Under the pieces are notes generated by a model, which did not search any database, was not told the origin of the DNA, and was given only the letters and a program-made list of their open reading frames with translations. Both the position numbers and the translations under genes were made by a program. Shown here piece after piece: positions 14,253 through 24,390 of a stretch of DNA of 62,150 bases. How positions within the stretch are numbered: the first letter of the stretch is position 1; every line of letters starts with the position of its first letter. This DNA comes from an uncultured Clostridia bacterium (GTDB lineage Bacteria; Acidobacteriota; Blastocatellia; UBA7656): positions 1-62,150 of the forward strand of contig CAZOOE010000001.1 of assembly GCA_964581275.1 (NCBI GenBank). Direction: 5' to 3'.

Positions 14253-16619
14253 ATGGCGGAAGCTTTTGCAAAATTCCGAGTTGGAACGTCGGGAGCAGGG
14301 GCGGCTCACGCCTCATACATCACACGCTACTCAGCTCTGGAGCCGAATGGAGAGCCCAATCGTGCGATTCAACTCGAACTAAACGACCACGAGCTGACGG
14401 TGGCTTCCGCGTTAGATGAGAACTTTGGTTATCATGCTCTTCAGGAGGCCGAGCGAACTAGTGACACTGATCCGGTGTGGACCTGGAACGCGCCAAGCTA
14501 CCTCACTGGAGACCACTATGGCACAGAAGAAGGCAAATCATCGCGCGTTCTTGGGCAGGTTTCCGAACGCGACTGGGCTCGCCACAACAAGATCACCGCT
14601 GGCATAACCTCACTAAGTCGTCGCAACAGACTCGAGGAAAAGACGGGAAAACTGCGCGCGTATTTCGGCTCGATGGAACAGTTTGAAAAGGCGAAGGGCG
14701 GAAGGACTCACTACCGAGTCATCCTGTCATTCGACGTACCAGCTGCCAATTCGCAGATTCGCGACCTCACGAACGAGTTCCTGAAAGAAACCTTTCCTAA
14801 GGCCATTTCGTTCGGAGCTATCCACCGAGATACCGAGCACCCTCACGTACACCTGTACCTTCACGCGCGCCAGATTGACGGAAGGAAGATATATCTAGCC
14901 AAGAATGAGTACACCTCGATCGACGAGAAATGGGCAAAGATATACTCCGAATTTGCCGGCGAGCGAAGTGTTTATGTTCAGCATCTTCGTAAGAAAGAGG
15001 AAACCAGGCAGTGGAAGATCGCGGCAGCCGAAGCTTATCGAAAAGGCGAACCGATACCACCCAAGCCGGAACGAGACAACGATCGCAGGGAGCGATTGGC
15101 CGAGCAACGACTCTCAGCGCAGAGATCTCATGCCAGGGACCAGGGCAAACAACTCAATGCTCGTCCAGAAGCTCAGCCGGTGATGCGGCCGGGATCAGAG
15201 AAGGAAACCGGTCGATTGCTAGCCAAGGCGGAAGTCGCTCGCGAGGAACTTGCTCACCTTATCAGAACTGAAGCTACGGCTAAGCAGGTCTGGTGGGCTG
15301 CCAGGACCGCTAACGAATTTGCAGTCGCTCTGGAGAAAACGCTTGCAGCTAGAAGCGAGAGGGGTAGGGAAAAACCGCCACACGTCGTTTACACAACGGA
15401 AGAATGGAAGCAGTTGAAAGAGTGTGCGAAGACGCGCGACGTGGCGGTCAACGACGACCGGGCGGCCGCCCGGCTTCAGGCCACACGGGTCTTCGCTGGC
15501 GCTGAACAGAAGGATGCCCAGGCCAAAGTTGATGCGTTCCAGACTCGAAGGCACTTCTGGAAGTTTCACGTCGAAGGATTTGGGAAGGTCTCACTCAGGG
15601 AGGTCGAACAAAGCATAAAAACCGAGACTGAGGATAAGTTCAAGCTCTACAACTTTCTGCGCCCGACCAAGAGAGAGGCGATTCAACTCAGGATTGAGTT
15701 TTTGCAGGAAACCAAGAAGGACATACAGAAGCAGATCGTTTCTGCAGAGCGGCCTGCTCGGAACAACCTGACGGCGTCCCAGCTCAAGTACGAGACCGCT
15801 TCGACGCTTGTCGAGCACGCCGAGAAAGCCCGTGTTCAACAGGGGAGGGAGATGCCCCTACCGGTCTTTGAAAGATCCGAGTTGGCCAAAATGAGCGTGA
15901 TTGCCAATCGTAATAAGGACGCCAAGCTGCTCGAATTTGTGTATCACCAAGTCAAAGCCAGGCTGCTGGCTAATCCAACTCCGTCAACTTTGTCTGAAGT
16001 GAAGGGCAAGGCTTTAATGGCCAGGATGGAGATGCTCAAGGCTGCCGATCGACTCAAAGCGACGATTGAGTACGGCGACTATCGTCAGGCTCCAGTTACC
16101 GATGCCCAAGGACTGACGTACACCACGAGTGTCAGGGAGGTTGAGCCGAAGGGCGCACTCGAAACGCTCATCAGGCATTTCACAGACTCCCCTGAGAAGA
16201 AGCGCGAGCGACAAGCTATCGCCGACGCCAGGGCGGACCAGCTAAGAATGGCTCATTCCCAGTCTCGAGATGCTCGTGATTACAGTGTCATCAGAGACAG
16301 GGTTGCGAACGACCTCTATCGTGCCGCTGGAGTACGCGAGAAGACTGTAGCGCCAACGCTTGGCCGCGAACAGATCGCCGAGCTCAGCAAGTACGCTGAT
16401 ACCTTGCCTTTCTTCAGTACAGATCGGAAGGAGTTTAGAGAAGCTGCAAAGATGGCCGAAGGTAACCTTCTCCGCATAGAGTCTCAGGAACCCACTAAGC
16501 ACGAAGCCGATCCACTACGAAGTCGCGATCCCTCCGCGCGCACCATTCAACAACTACATACGCTCACCACGCTAAATACGGACCGATCTGATCGTGACAG
16601 CTACTCACGCGGAAGATGA
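14253..16619 (+). CDS. Relaxase / mobilization nuclease (MOBQ-like), copy 2
   Basis: It shows GAGAAHASYITR and HRDTEHPHVHLYLH and is colinear with copy 1 along its whole length. It ends in the same tail, DRDSYSRGR*. I prefer the ATG at 14253, 19 nt after the mobC stop, to the overlapping ORF start at 14205. Confidence 0.85.
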   Translation: MAEAFAKFRVGTSGAGAAHASYITRYSALEPNGEPNRAIQLELNDHELTVASALDENFGYHALQEAERTSDTDPVWTWNAPSYLTGDHYGTEEGKSSRVLGQVSERDWARHNKITAGITSLSRRNRLEEKTGKLRAYFGSMEQFEKAKGGRTHYRVILSFDVPAANSQIRDLTNEFLKETFPKAISFGAIHRDTEHPHVHLYLHARQIDGRKIYLAKNEYTSIDEKWAKIYSEFAGERSVYVQHLRKKEETRQWKIAAAEAYRKGEPIPPKPERDNDRRERLAEQRLSAQRSHARDQGKQLNARPEAQPVMRPGSEKETGRLLAKAEVAREELAHLIRTEATAKQVWWAARTANEFAVALEKTLAARSERGREKPPHVVYTTEEWKQLKECAKTRDVAVNDDRAAARLQATRVFAGAEQKDAQAKVDAFQTRRHFWKFHVEGFGKVSLREVEQSIKTETEDKFKLYNFLRPTKREAIQLRIEFLQETKKDIQKQIVSAERPARNNLTASQLKYETASTLVEHAEKARVQQGREMPLPVFERSELAKMSVIANRNKDAKLLEFVYHQVKARLLANPTPSTLSEVKGKALMARMEMLKAADRLKATIEYGDYRQAPVTDAQGLTYTTSVREVEPKGALETLIRHFTDSPEKKRERQAIADARADQLRMAHSQSRDARDYSVIRDRVANDLYRAAGVREKTVAPTLGREQIAELSKYADTLPFFSTDRKEFREAAKMAEGNLLRIESQEPTKHEADPLRSRDPSARTIQQLHTLTTLNTDRSDRDSYSRGR

Positions 16620-16716
16620 AACCCATTCTAGGAATCACCGATTCTGAATGGGACTTAATTCTGGCTTCTTTTAAGATTAATCTTCTGATGCTACGTTCAA
16701 CGGTGGGACAGTCTCT

Positions 16717-17375
16717 ACGCGTATTCCAATCGTCCATGATAAAGAAAAAGTCTTGCGGTTCATGGTTCGCGGGCTTACGGCCGAAGGCTTTGCGGTTGAT
16801 TCCGCGCCGGCCGGCCAGAACAGACTAGATTTTAGCAACTACATATGACTACGACTTGATTGTCCTCGGTTTGATGCTGCCGGACTCAGCGGGACGGAAT
16901 TTTTGCAGCGGGTCCGTCGCACTAATCATCGCGTGCCCATTTTGATGCGAACTGTAACGGACGCGGTTGCTGATGAGGTTGAACATCCCGAAGCAGGCGA
17001 GTGCCTAACAAAGCCCTTCGCATTTGTAGAACTCCTGGCGCGGGTTGAGGCGTTGCTCAGACGCGGTTCGGTTGAGCGCCCAAGCGTTTCCGTCTGGCCG
17101 ACCTGGAATCGGATCGGCACTCTCAACAGGTCCGACGTGCAGGACGGCGCATCGAGCTCACGGCTAAAGAATGCGTTGCTGGTGGTGAAATGCGGGCAGC
17201 GTCCTGTCACTAATGATGATCATTGACCACGTTTGGACCAGAGTTTCGACGGAGCGACCAATGTAATAGACGTATGTTCGTCACCCTCGCACGAAGGTAG
17301 ATGAAGGTTATGACAACAAGTCGATTCGCACCGTCCGCGGCATCTGATACAAGATCAGTGATGAGGCGAATTCCG
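16717..17375 (+). pseudogene. OmpR-family (CusR/CopR-like) response regulator, heavily decayed
   Basis: Homology is scattered over three frames: (T)RIPIVHDKEKVLRFMVRGLTAEGFAVDSAPAGQ / YDYDLIVLGLMLP / FLQRVRRTNHRVPILM..TKPFAFVELLARVEALLRRG / RLADLESDRHSQQVRRAGRRIELTAKE / MIIDHVW / DQSFDGATNVIDV / YVRHPRTKVDEGYDNK..VRGI*YKISDE. The start codon position reads ACG. There are at least 5 frameshifts and an in-frame TGA. Confidence 0.75.
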
Positions 17376-17833
17376 AACACACGCTCCACCCGCTTCCGCT
17401 TGACCGTATATGGTACGCGGGACTATCGGGGGATTGCTAATCCTGTTCGGATTGTCGATCCAATGTCGGACTCCGTCAATACCTGAGAACCCTTGCGAAC
17501 TCACCCGCGAAAGAGGCGCGACAGATCGGAGAAACGCTGTGGTCAATGTTAGTGTGAGCGGCCAAATCGTACGTTGCCGAGGAAATCAAGGAACATCTGG
17601 CGCCAGAGATCAACGGTAGGTTCATTCGTGTTACCGATCGAACGGGAAGCACGCTCTACGAGTCCGACTCATCCAGGGATGGAGGCTTTAACTTACGGAA
17701 TGTAACGGCTGCTGGCGACGACGTTACGAGTCTTTCACTCGCAGGCAGTTCTATCCTGGGCGTCTTACATCTCTTGAAAGAAGTATCGCCCCTTTCCATT
17801 ATTATTCTGCGCGCTGGTTATGCGAGGAGGTAA
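17361..17833 (+). pseudogene. Sensor histidine kinase (CusS-like), N-terminal fragment, frameshifted and truncated
   Basis: MRRIPNTRSTRFRLTV, then GGLLILFGLS, then EIKEHLAPEINGRFIRVTDRTGSTLYESD lie in different frames. No HisKA or ATPase region follows. Confidence 0.5.
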
Positions 17834-18072
17834 AAGCAAGAACGGTAGTCAGGAGCATACTATGGCAATCTTTGCCGCAGTGTATTGAGGCCTTCGCTTC
17901 ATCTTTCGTCCCTCATGCTCGATATTTCTTATCCATAAGCGTCCAACTCAGAGAACGTATTCTGCTACTCAATTCTTTCCACACACTTGATTTCAACATC
18001 GTGAAATCTATGCTGAAGCACCGGGTACCTTCGTCAACGCGCCGATAAAGATAATTGACAGAGGAAAAGGTA

Positions 18073-20394
18073 TTACTTCCCCGATAAGTAGAAACTTAAT
18101 CCCGCCGTCACAGTGATCGGATATCCAGGTGTTCCATGAATGCGCGCTACGACCGGATCACGTGGCCGCAGACGTGATTCAAAGAGATTCTGCGTTTCAA
18201 AGTAGTGCTTGCCATTTAGATTGTCGATAGACAGGTTGAAATCAACCCAATGCCGGATGCGCTTCGCCACGTTGAAATCCAACACATCGAGACCCGAGGC
18301 GCGAATGCCGGGGTCTTCGCCGTCAAGTCGATAATTGCTGATGTGTCGGTATCGCAGTGAACCGTTAAACCCGAACCACCCAGCAAGTGTTAGCGCGGCA
18401 TTTGCGACCAGGTGCGGCGCACTGTCTACGTAGGCTCTGGGGAATGTTCCCCTGTAAAAGGCATTGCCTACACGAGTCATTCCGGCGTTGAGCGACAGGA
18501 CGCGGGTGATCTGCGCCGAGGCTTTGACCTCGCCGCCATAAGACCGGCTGGGACCTTTTAACTCGAAGCTACCGTCATCGGGAATGTAGACCTGCTCATT
18601 CGACCGGTCTATAAGGAACAAATCCGTGCTCAGAGAGAATCGTTTCAGGTGATGCGAAGTGCCGAGCTGGTAAAAGTCGGTGGTCGAAATTTTCGGCGCT
18701 TGCGGCCTCTGCACCACCCCCCGCGCATCCTGGCTCGATATGCCTCGTCCGTAATCGAAATATATCGTCAGGGGCACGCGGTCGGAGGGCGAATAGGCAA
18801 CGTTGACTTTCGGCTGAAAGCGCGCTGCCCTCTGAGCGCCCGATGCCAGCGGGTTGATCTCATCATCCACCCTGAATCTGAAATAGTCATAGCGGAGTCC
18901 GCCGTCGAGGTGCAGGTGCCCGCCCATCAACTCTATACCCTGTTGCATATACCCGGCGGCGTTGGGCACGTGGGCGAGCGCGCTGGTGAAGGCTTCAATC
19001 GGATTGCGCTCAACCGTGTGATTGAGACCAACGTTGATCTGGTTGTCGTGAAAGTTGCCGCCGAGTACGAGCAACGCCTGCCGCCCGAAGAGCTTATACG
19101 GATGAATGTATTGGGCATTAATTCCTTCTTGCAGGCGCGAATCGTGCTGCTGAATCTCATCGCCGTTCACCTCATCGTTTAAGAAGAAGGTAAAGTTGGA
19201 ATAAAGGTCAAACAGCGAGCGAGAGAGAAAGCCATCGAGTTTGAAAATGTCGCCGCCCTGCCACTCCTTGCGGTAATAAGCGCCGAATACTCCCGTCCGC
19301 ACGCGGCCCCCATCGAAAGGGTCAACAAAGCCGAAGCGATCAAGCCGACCGGCCGCGACTTCGTCCAATGGTATCTGTCCGGATGAGAAGAAGTCGTTCC
19401 GTCCGGCGTTTATCTTGAACCCCAATGCCTCTTTGTCGGTGATGCGACAGGTGTAATTGGCGGTAATATTATCCCGCTTGTAGCGTAAGGGGTTTTTGAA
19501 AGGACCGTCAGTCCGACTTGCTTCATATGCGATGAAGGAGTTGGCATTCTTCAAATAAGGGCTGTAAGCGAGGAATGACCGGAAGGTGTCAAATGACCCG
19601 CCCTGAATGCGCGCCGTGATCTGGTCAGGAAAGCTCTCCCTCAATCGGATGTGGACCACGCCTAGACCAGAGAAGTCGCCGTACTCGGCGCTGAATGGCC
19701 CGTTCAGGATATTGACCTCCTCAATCAGTTCAGGGGTGAGACTCTTCAACTGGCCGAGGTAGCCCTGTCCGTGACCTTGAGTTCCCTGATTCTGCTGGAC
19801 GTCATCAACGAGCACTTTCAACCCGCCGCTGACGCCACCGTGATCGAGGTTGAACCCGAAGCGGCGAATCTCAAGCGACTTTCCGCCGCCTTCATGTTGA
19901 CCTGCGTTGATGCCAGCATTCAACGTCTGAAACACCTGATCGTCCCTTGAGAATAAGGTGTTTTTGTAGGTCGCATCATCACGACGATCGATACCGGGAT
20001 CGAGCGCGGTAGCCTGGATGACGACGCTTTCATGCACGAGAGGCAAGATGAACCGGACTTTAATCTCAAGCCCTTCCGTCGCGTCTCCCGCCCTTAAATG
20101 CTCTTCTGTTGGCGTGATGTTCTTTCCTTCAACTTTTAACATTAGTGGCCCATCGGGAACTATGAAACGGAACCTGCCGTTTTCATCGCTCAACGACTTC
20201 ATCTCGCCGGAAGAGTACCGTACCGTCAGAGAGATTGCCGCCAGGGATTCATTCTTATCAGTGACGACGATTCCTGATAGGATGCGCGTAGAGCCCGTCT
20301 GGGCAGATGCCCGGTTAAGCATAAGGAAAGTCAGCCATAGGAGAACGAAAGCTCGGACGTACCATTTTTTAGTCTCGCAACTGATCGCTATCAT
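18073..20394 (-). CDS. TonB-dependent receptor with an N-terminal carboxypeptidase-regulatory-like domain
   Basis: 773 aa with a signal peptide. It has a CarboxypepD_reg-like region (GIVVTDKNESLAAISLTV), plug-like and barrel regions, and an aromatic-rich C-terminal strand. Confidence 0.85.
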   Translation of the reverse strand: MIAISCETKKWYVRAFVLLWLTFLMLNRASAQTGSTRILSGIVVTDKNESLAAISLTVRYSSGEMKSLSDENGRFRFIVPDGPLMLKVEGKNITPTEEHLRAGDATEGLEIKVRFILPLVHESVVIQATALDPGIDRRDDATYKNTLFSRDDQVFQTLNAGINAGQHEGGGKSLEIRRFGFNLDHGGVSGGLKVLVDDVQQNQGTQGHGQGYLGQLKSLTPELIEEVNILNGPFSAEYGDFSGLGVVHIRLRESFPDQITARIQGGSFDTFRSFLAYSPYLKNANSFIAYEASRTDGPFKNPLRYKRDNITANYTCRITDKEALGFKINAGRNDFFSSGQIPLDEVAAGRLDRFGFVDPFDGGRVRTGVFGAYYRKEWQGGDIFKLDGFLSRSLFDLYSNFTFFLNDEVNGDEIQQHDSRLQEGINAQYIHPYKLFGRQALLVLGGNFHDNQINVGLNHTVERNPIEAFTSALAHVPNAAGYMQQGIELMGGHLHLDGGLRYDYFRFRVDDEINPLASGAQRAARFQPKVNVAYSPSDRVPLTIYFDYGRGISSQDARGVVQRPQAPKISTTDFYQLGTSHHLKRFSLSTDLFLIDRSNEQVYIPDDGSFELKGPSRSYGGEVKASAQITRVLSLNAGMTRVGNAFYRGTFPRAYVDSAPHLVANAALTLAGWFGFNGSLRYRHISNYRLDGEDPGIRASGLDVLDFNVAKRIRHWVDFNLSIDNLNGKHYFETQNLFESRLRPRDPVVARIHGTPGYPITVTAGLSFYLSGK

Positions 20395-20471
20395 CAGATT
20401 AGCTCCTACCTTGTTAGATCAATCGCTCGCCTGCACGTTGTATTTAGTCTCGCGTCACCGGCGGGTGTTTG

Positions 20472-22826
20472 TCACTGGAACAAGCCATCCACAAAGCCGA
20501 TCTCGTAAATCATAAACATGCCGACGCCTATGCTGAAGATGCCCGTCAACCAGCGCAAGGTAAGATTCGCGCGGGCGAAGCGAGTGGCCGTGAACCGAAG
20601 CGGCAGGCTGACCAGCGCGCTCATCACCAGCATCCCGCCGACCGACCCGATGCCGAAGACGGCGATGTAGCCCAGCCCCGCGAGCGGCGAAGGTATAGTT
20701 GATAGGACCAGAAGCATCAACGCGGCACTCCCCGCAAACCCGTGAGCCATCCCTACAAATATGGGGCGCGCTCCGGGCCGATCGCCGTGATGCCAGTGAC
20801 CCTCTGTTTCGTGCGACCGGTCATGCAGGTGAGGATGCAGATGTTTGCGGGCACCATGTCGGTGGGAGTGGGTGTGAACCCTGGCGCCGCGCAGGAGTTT
20901 TGCTAACGCGCTCGCGCCGAGCGCAACGAGCATCAGCGCAACGCAGAGTTCGAGGGCGAGCGACGTCCGCTCGCTGATCTCGACGCGTAGCAGAATAACG
21001 ACGACTCCCGCGATAAGAAGTGAGACGGTGTGGCCCACGCCCCACAGCCCTCCCACGAGCGAAGAGCCGAGGATGCTTTTGCGCTCGCTCACGATGGTGG
21101 AAACTGCCGCCAGGTGATCGGCCTCGACCGCGTGCTTGAGGCCGAGAATAAAGCCGAGGCCGAGTAGTGACGCGGTTGAGACCGAAGCGTCCTGAGCCGC
21201 AGAGTGATTAAAGACACTGATCAGTCCGGCGAATGCTTTTCCCACATCAAGACCGGCTTGCGCGAGCGACTCATAACAGATTGCCGCCCCGACGCACGTG
21301 ATCACGAAAGCGCTGAAGATGGGCAGGGCACGCGCGAAACGATTCGACCGATGAGAAAGCTTCATAAAGCGCCCGACGTATACGAACGCTAGCCCCACTC
21401 CTGTCAGCGTCGCCGCCAGTCCCATGCTGAAAGCGACTATCAGGACGAGGCCATAACCGACGCGCTGTAAAGAGATGGCCGACAGCAGAACGACGAGAGC
21501 GGACGGGCAAGGCAACAGGCCTCCCGATACGCCGAGCGCGAACAGGCTTCGCCAGGTGACGTGCGAGCCATCCGCGCCGGGAGGAAGGTGCGTGTGCGCC
21601 GCTCCACCATGCGAATGTGTCAGAGATAAAGCTTCATCGTGATCGCCATGTGTATGCTCTTCAACGTGATGCGGATGACCGACGAGTGAGCCGACATGCC
21701 TATGCGCATGCCCGTCATGCGTATGAGTATGATTTATCTCACTGCTCGTGGATTGGTTCAACGCGGCCCGCAGCCGGCGGATTAGTATCGTTAGCCCCAC
21801 GGTCAGGACTAACGCGCCTGAGATCATGCTGAGGATAGGAAACAGGCGCTCCGGGACGACGTACTGCGACGCGAATAACGTGACGAGGCCGAGGGCGAAC
21901 ACGCCTATTGTGTGCGTGATCGTAACCGTCAGCCCGAGGAAGGCCGCATGACGCGCCGTCCCCCGTGACCCCACCAGGTAAGCTCCGACGACGGTCTTAC
22001 CATGACCTGGCGAGAGAGCGTGCAGGCCGCCGAGCGCGGCGGCGATGAGTAAGCCCAACAGCGCCACGGCAGGGGTCAATTCGGGTACTGAAATAAGCTC
22101 GGCGAAGCGGTCGCGAGCGGGACCGAACTTACGGCCATCGCGAGTGAGCAGGGCGGCGGAGCCGGCGGGGACCGATCCATTCGTGATTGAGAATTCAGCC
22201 GTGCGCTCACTAAGAGGGGCGCTTAACATATCTTCTGGGTATGTTTTGAGCTCGTCGGTGACAGCGCTGCCGGACGCCGTGCTGTCGAAGATCGTCACGC
22301 CGGATGTGGGAAGCACAACAATCTCACGCCACCCGATGCGGTCACGATGGTTGCTATCCTCAAAGCGGATCCTGCGGGCGGCGCTTGTGTTTTCTAAGGT
22401 CAGCGCGATTTCTAACTCACATTCGATCCGCAAGGTGAAAAGCCCGCCCGCCCCAGTGGGAAAGCTGATTGTTTTCGCCGTAGGATGCAGCCTGATACGG
22501 TTGCCGTCAACAGTGAGAAAAATTCCATCAGCAAAATCTTCGACCGTCTGCTCCAAGTATCCTTCGAGGTTCGAACCGGATGGTTGATCCCCGAATTTGA
22601 TGCCCGCGGCCTGCATCTCCTGGAAGGCGGCTATCTCTGCCATGTCTACGACGTAACGGATCTTCACTCTTTTCGCGCCGATCTCTATTCGGGCGAAGTG
22701 GTTGACGGTGAAGTTTCCGAGCGGGTGCGCAACTCCCTTTTCGGCCATCACGGCAACAAGGATTAACGCGACGAAAAATATAAACGCATAGGGTCCACGC
22801 ATTGAAGCGGTGTGCGCTTTGGGCAT
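20472..22826 (-). CDS. Fusion of two NicO/NiCoT-type nickel/cobalt transporter modules behind an N-terminal extracytoplasmic domain
   Basis: Module 1 has HALSPGHGKT and a His-rich loop, NHTHTHDGHAHRHVGSLVGHPHHVEEHTHGDHDE. Module 2 has GLKHAVEADHLAAV and a His-rich loop, HTHSHRHGARKHLHPHLHDRSHETEGHWHHGD. The N-terminal ~250 aa begin HPLGNFTVNHF. Confidence 0.75.
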   Translation of the reverse strand: MPKAHTASMRGPYAFIFFVALILVAVMAEKGVAHPLGNFTVNHFARIEIGAKRVKIRYVVDMAEIAAFQEMQAAGIKFGDQPSGSNLEGYLEQTVEDFADGIFLTVDGNRIRLHPTAKTISFPTGAGGLFTLRIECELEIALTLENTSAARRIRFEDSNHRDRIGWREIVVLPTSGVTIFDSTASGSAVTDELKTYPEDMLSAPLSERTAEFSITNGSVPAGSAALLTRDGRKFGPARDRFAELISVPELTPAVALLGLLIAAALGGLHALSPGHGKTVVGAYLVGSRGTARHAAFLGLTVTITHTIGVFALGLVTLFASQYVVPERLFPILSMISGALVLTVGLTILIRRLRAALNQSTSSEINHTHTHDGHAHRHVGSLVGHPHHVEEHTHGDHDEALSLTHSHGGAAHTHLPPGADGSHVTWRSLFALGVSGGLLPCPSALVVLLSAISLQRVGYGLVLIVAFSMGLAATLTGVGLAFVYVGRFMKLSHRSNRFARALPIFSAFVITCVGAAICYESLAQAGLDVGKAFAGLISVFNHSAAQDASVSTASLLGLGFILGLKHAVEADHLAAVSTIVSERKSILGSSLVGGLWGVGHTVSLLIAGVVVILLRVEISERTSLALELCVALMLVALGASALAKLLRGARVHTHSHRHGARKHLHPHLHDRSHETEGHWHHGDRPGARPIFVGMAHGFAGSAALMLLVLSTIPSPLAGLGYIAVFGIGSVGGMLVMSALVSLPLRFTATRFARANLTLRWLTGIFSIGVGMFMIYEIGFVDGLFQ

Positions 22827-22849
22827 AACGTTCCTCGTTTATTCCGAGT

Positions 22850-23506
22850 TTATTCCGAGTTGATTGTTCGCTTGGCGACATCTGCCTGAAGAACATCAAT
22901 CGTAGGGTTGATCTTGAGCGCGAGCTTCAAATGTTTTACGCCATTTCTTCGGTTTCCGAGGGCGTTAAAGATCACCTCGGCATGATAGTAGATCTGCGCA
23001 TCGCGAGTGCCTAGTCTCATCGCTTCGTCTATCGCTTCCTTGGCGTCTGATAGTTTGCCTTTTTTGAACAAGCACCAGGCCAGCGCGTCACAAGGTGTAA
23101 ATGTCAGACCGCGCCGCCCGCTCGCGGTGCGTGATGGCCAAAGCTTCGTCGCTTCCTTATACCACCTCAACTCCACCAGAGCATCCGTCAACGCTCCATA
23201 GATGAGGTGATCTTCGGGCCTTAACAGTTGGGCGAGGCGTGCTACCTCAAGCGCTTCCCCGAAGCGGTGGTACGTGAGCAGGAGAGTCGCTTTTGATCTG
23301 ATCGCGCCAACAGTCTCCCCAGAGGTTGGGGACGTAGATGGGCGCGACAGAGTTTCTTGTTTCGGCCGGTCAGCCATGGCTCGAATGCCGTAGACCGCCA
23401 GGCAGAGAGAAGAAAGCGAAATTAGCGCCGTGAGGGCGTGCTTGAACTTCGTTGGCTTCATTGCCATGTTTATCCCGACAATAGCGGTGAGCGATCCGAA
23501 GACCAC
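22850..23506 (-). CDS. TPR-repeat protein with an N-terminal membrane anchor
   Basis: 218 aa. TPR-like helices are visible (YYHAEVIFNALGNRRNGVKHLKLALKINP, ALAWCLFKKGKLSDAKEAIDEA). The start is uncertain; an alternative is M14. Confidence 0.55.
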   Translation of the reverse strand: MVFGSLTAIVGINMAMKPTKFKHALTALISLSSLCLAVYGIRAMADRPKQETLSRPSTSPTSGETVGAIRSKATLLLTYHRFGEALEVARLAQLLRPEDHLIYGALTDALVELRWYKEATKLWPSRTASGRRGLTFTPCDALAWCLFKKGKLSDAKEAIDEAMRLGTRDAQIYYHAEVIFNALGNRRNGVKHLKLALKINPTIDVLQADVAKRTINSE

Positions 23507-23535
23507 TCACCACCCTGAGTTACGCTTGTGGATCA

Positions 23536-24159
23536 TCATTTTGCTTGGACAACATCACCGTTGCACGTGATGCTCGTGCGGCTTCCATGGTCTCCACCCA
23601 ATAGCCCTAACCGATTCGGGCTTGCGCTTGGTGGAATCGAGACGTTGAGACGCTGGTATTCATGCGGGAATCCAGTCGACGAAAAGTTCTGGAAGCCGGG
23701 CACCAACCCAGCGGGAATTCCCGTGCCGAAAATAGCTACCAGAGCATTGCGTGGCGGCGGGGGGATGTTGATCGTTGTCCCGCCCGCTGCCGGGCCCGCC
23801 TTAATTAACTTGGGAAGTTGTGGGTCGAGTATGAACGGGGCAAGCACCTCATCATTCTCCGGAGTTGAAGCGTTGAAAGCATCTTTCAACCCTGGCGGGA
23901 TGACTACCTCGTTAACCAAAGGATTGCCAAACCGCGAAACCTGAGTGAATGGCGGGACCTGCCTGCCCCTGCTGTTGAATCTACCCGCTCGACCGTGGCC
24001 CAGACGCCGATCACGGCATTCGGGTCCAGCGGATCGTCGGTGTGCCCCGTTGCGAGTCAGCGTCGACATCGGGACTTCCCTTGCACAGGTATGCACGTTG
24101 AATCCTGCCAGGGTATAGATGAGATTGAAACTACTTGAGATTCTTCTTCTTGTTGTCAC
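23536..24159 (-). pseudogene. DUF4331-family protein remnant (frameshifted, truncated)
   Basis: The ORF contains QVSRFGNPLVNEVVIPPGLKDAFNASTPENDE and NRLGLLGGD, both typical of DUF4331. The preceding conserved segment NAVIGVWATVER lies in another frame. The N-terminal third and the C-terminal ~100 aa are missing. Confidence 0.6.
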
Positions 24160-24390
24160 AAGTCGCGCATAACTCCTCCCAAACCCTAGTCAACCTGAGG
24201 TCAAATTCTAGGGGTTGTTCGGTGTTGACGTTAGTGCGTCCAGGCTATGAGTTCATTTTCGCTTCCACTGACCAAGATTACGTTGAGGCTCAGGAATTGG
24301 ATTTGGTAACCCTAATAAGAAATATCTGGACGCAAGAAAAGAGAGCCTTCTGGTTAAGGCGCAAGCATCAGGCAGCCTAGATGCAACTGA

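Larger units (their letters stand above)
9079..16716. mobile_element. Candidate integrative mobilizable element (att remnant, int, xis-like, RHH, bEBP, mobC, relaxase); right boundary uncertain
   Basis: Based on gene content and order. The tRNA half-site sits at the left end. The relaxase stop at 16619 is followed within 100 bp by an unrelated decayed response-regulator gene. No second att copy was found by eye. Confidence 0.45.

Noticed and set aside
16620-16716. Search for the second att copy (tRNA-Lys 3' half or an intact tRNA) just after relaxase 2.
   Set aside because: There is no T-arm (GGTTCGAGCCCTCC) or anticodon-arm match here, or in the other intergenic regions I scanned by eye. 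A computational search is still needed.
16616-16828. 70-aa ORF starting at the relaxase stop.
   Set aside because: It is an out-of-frame reading of the decayed response-regulator gene.
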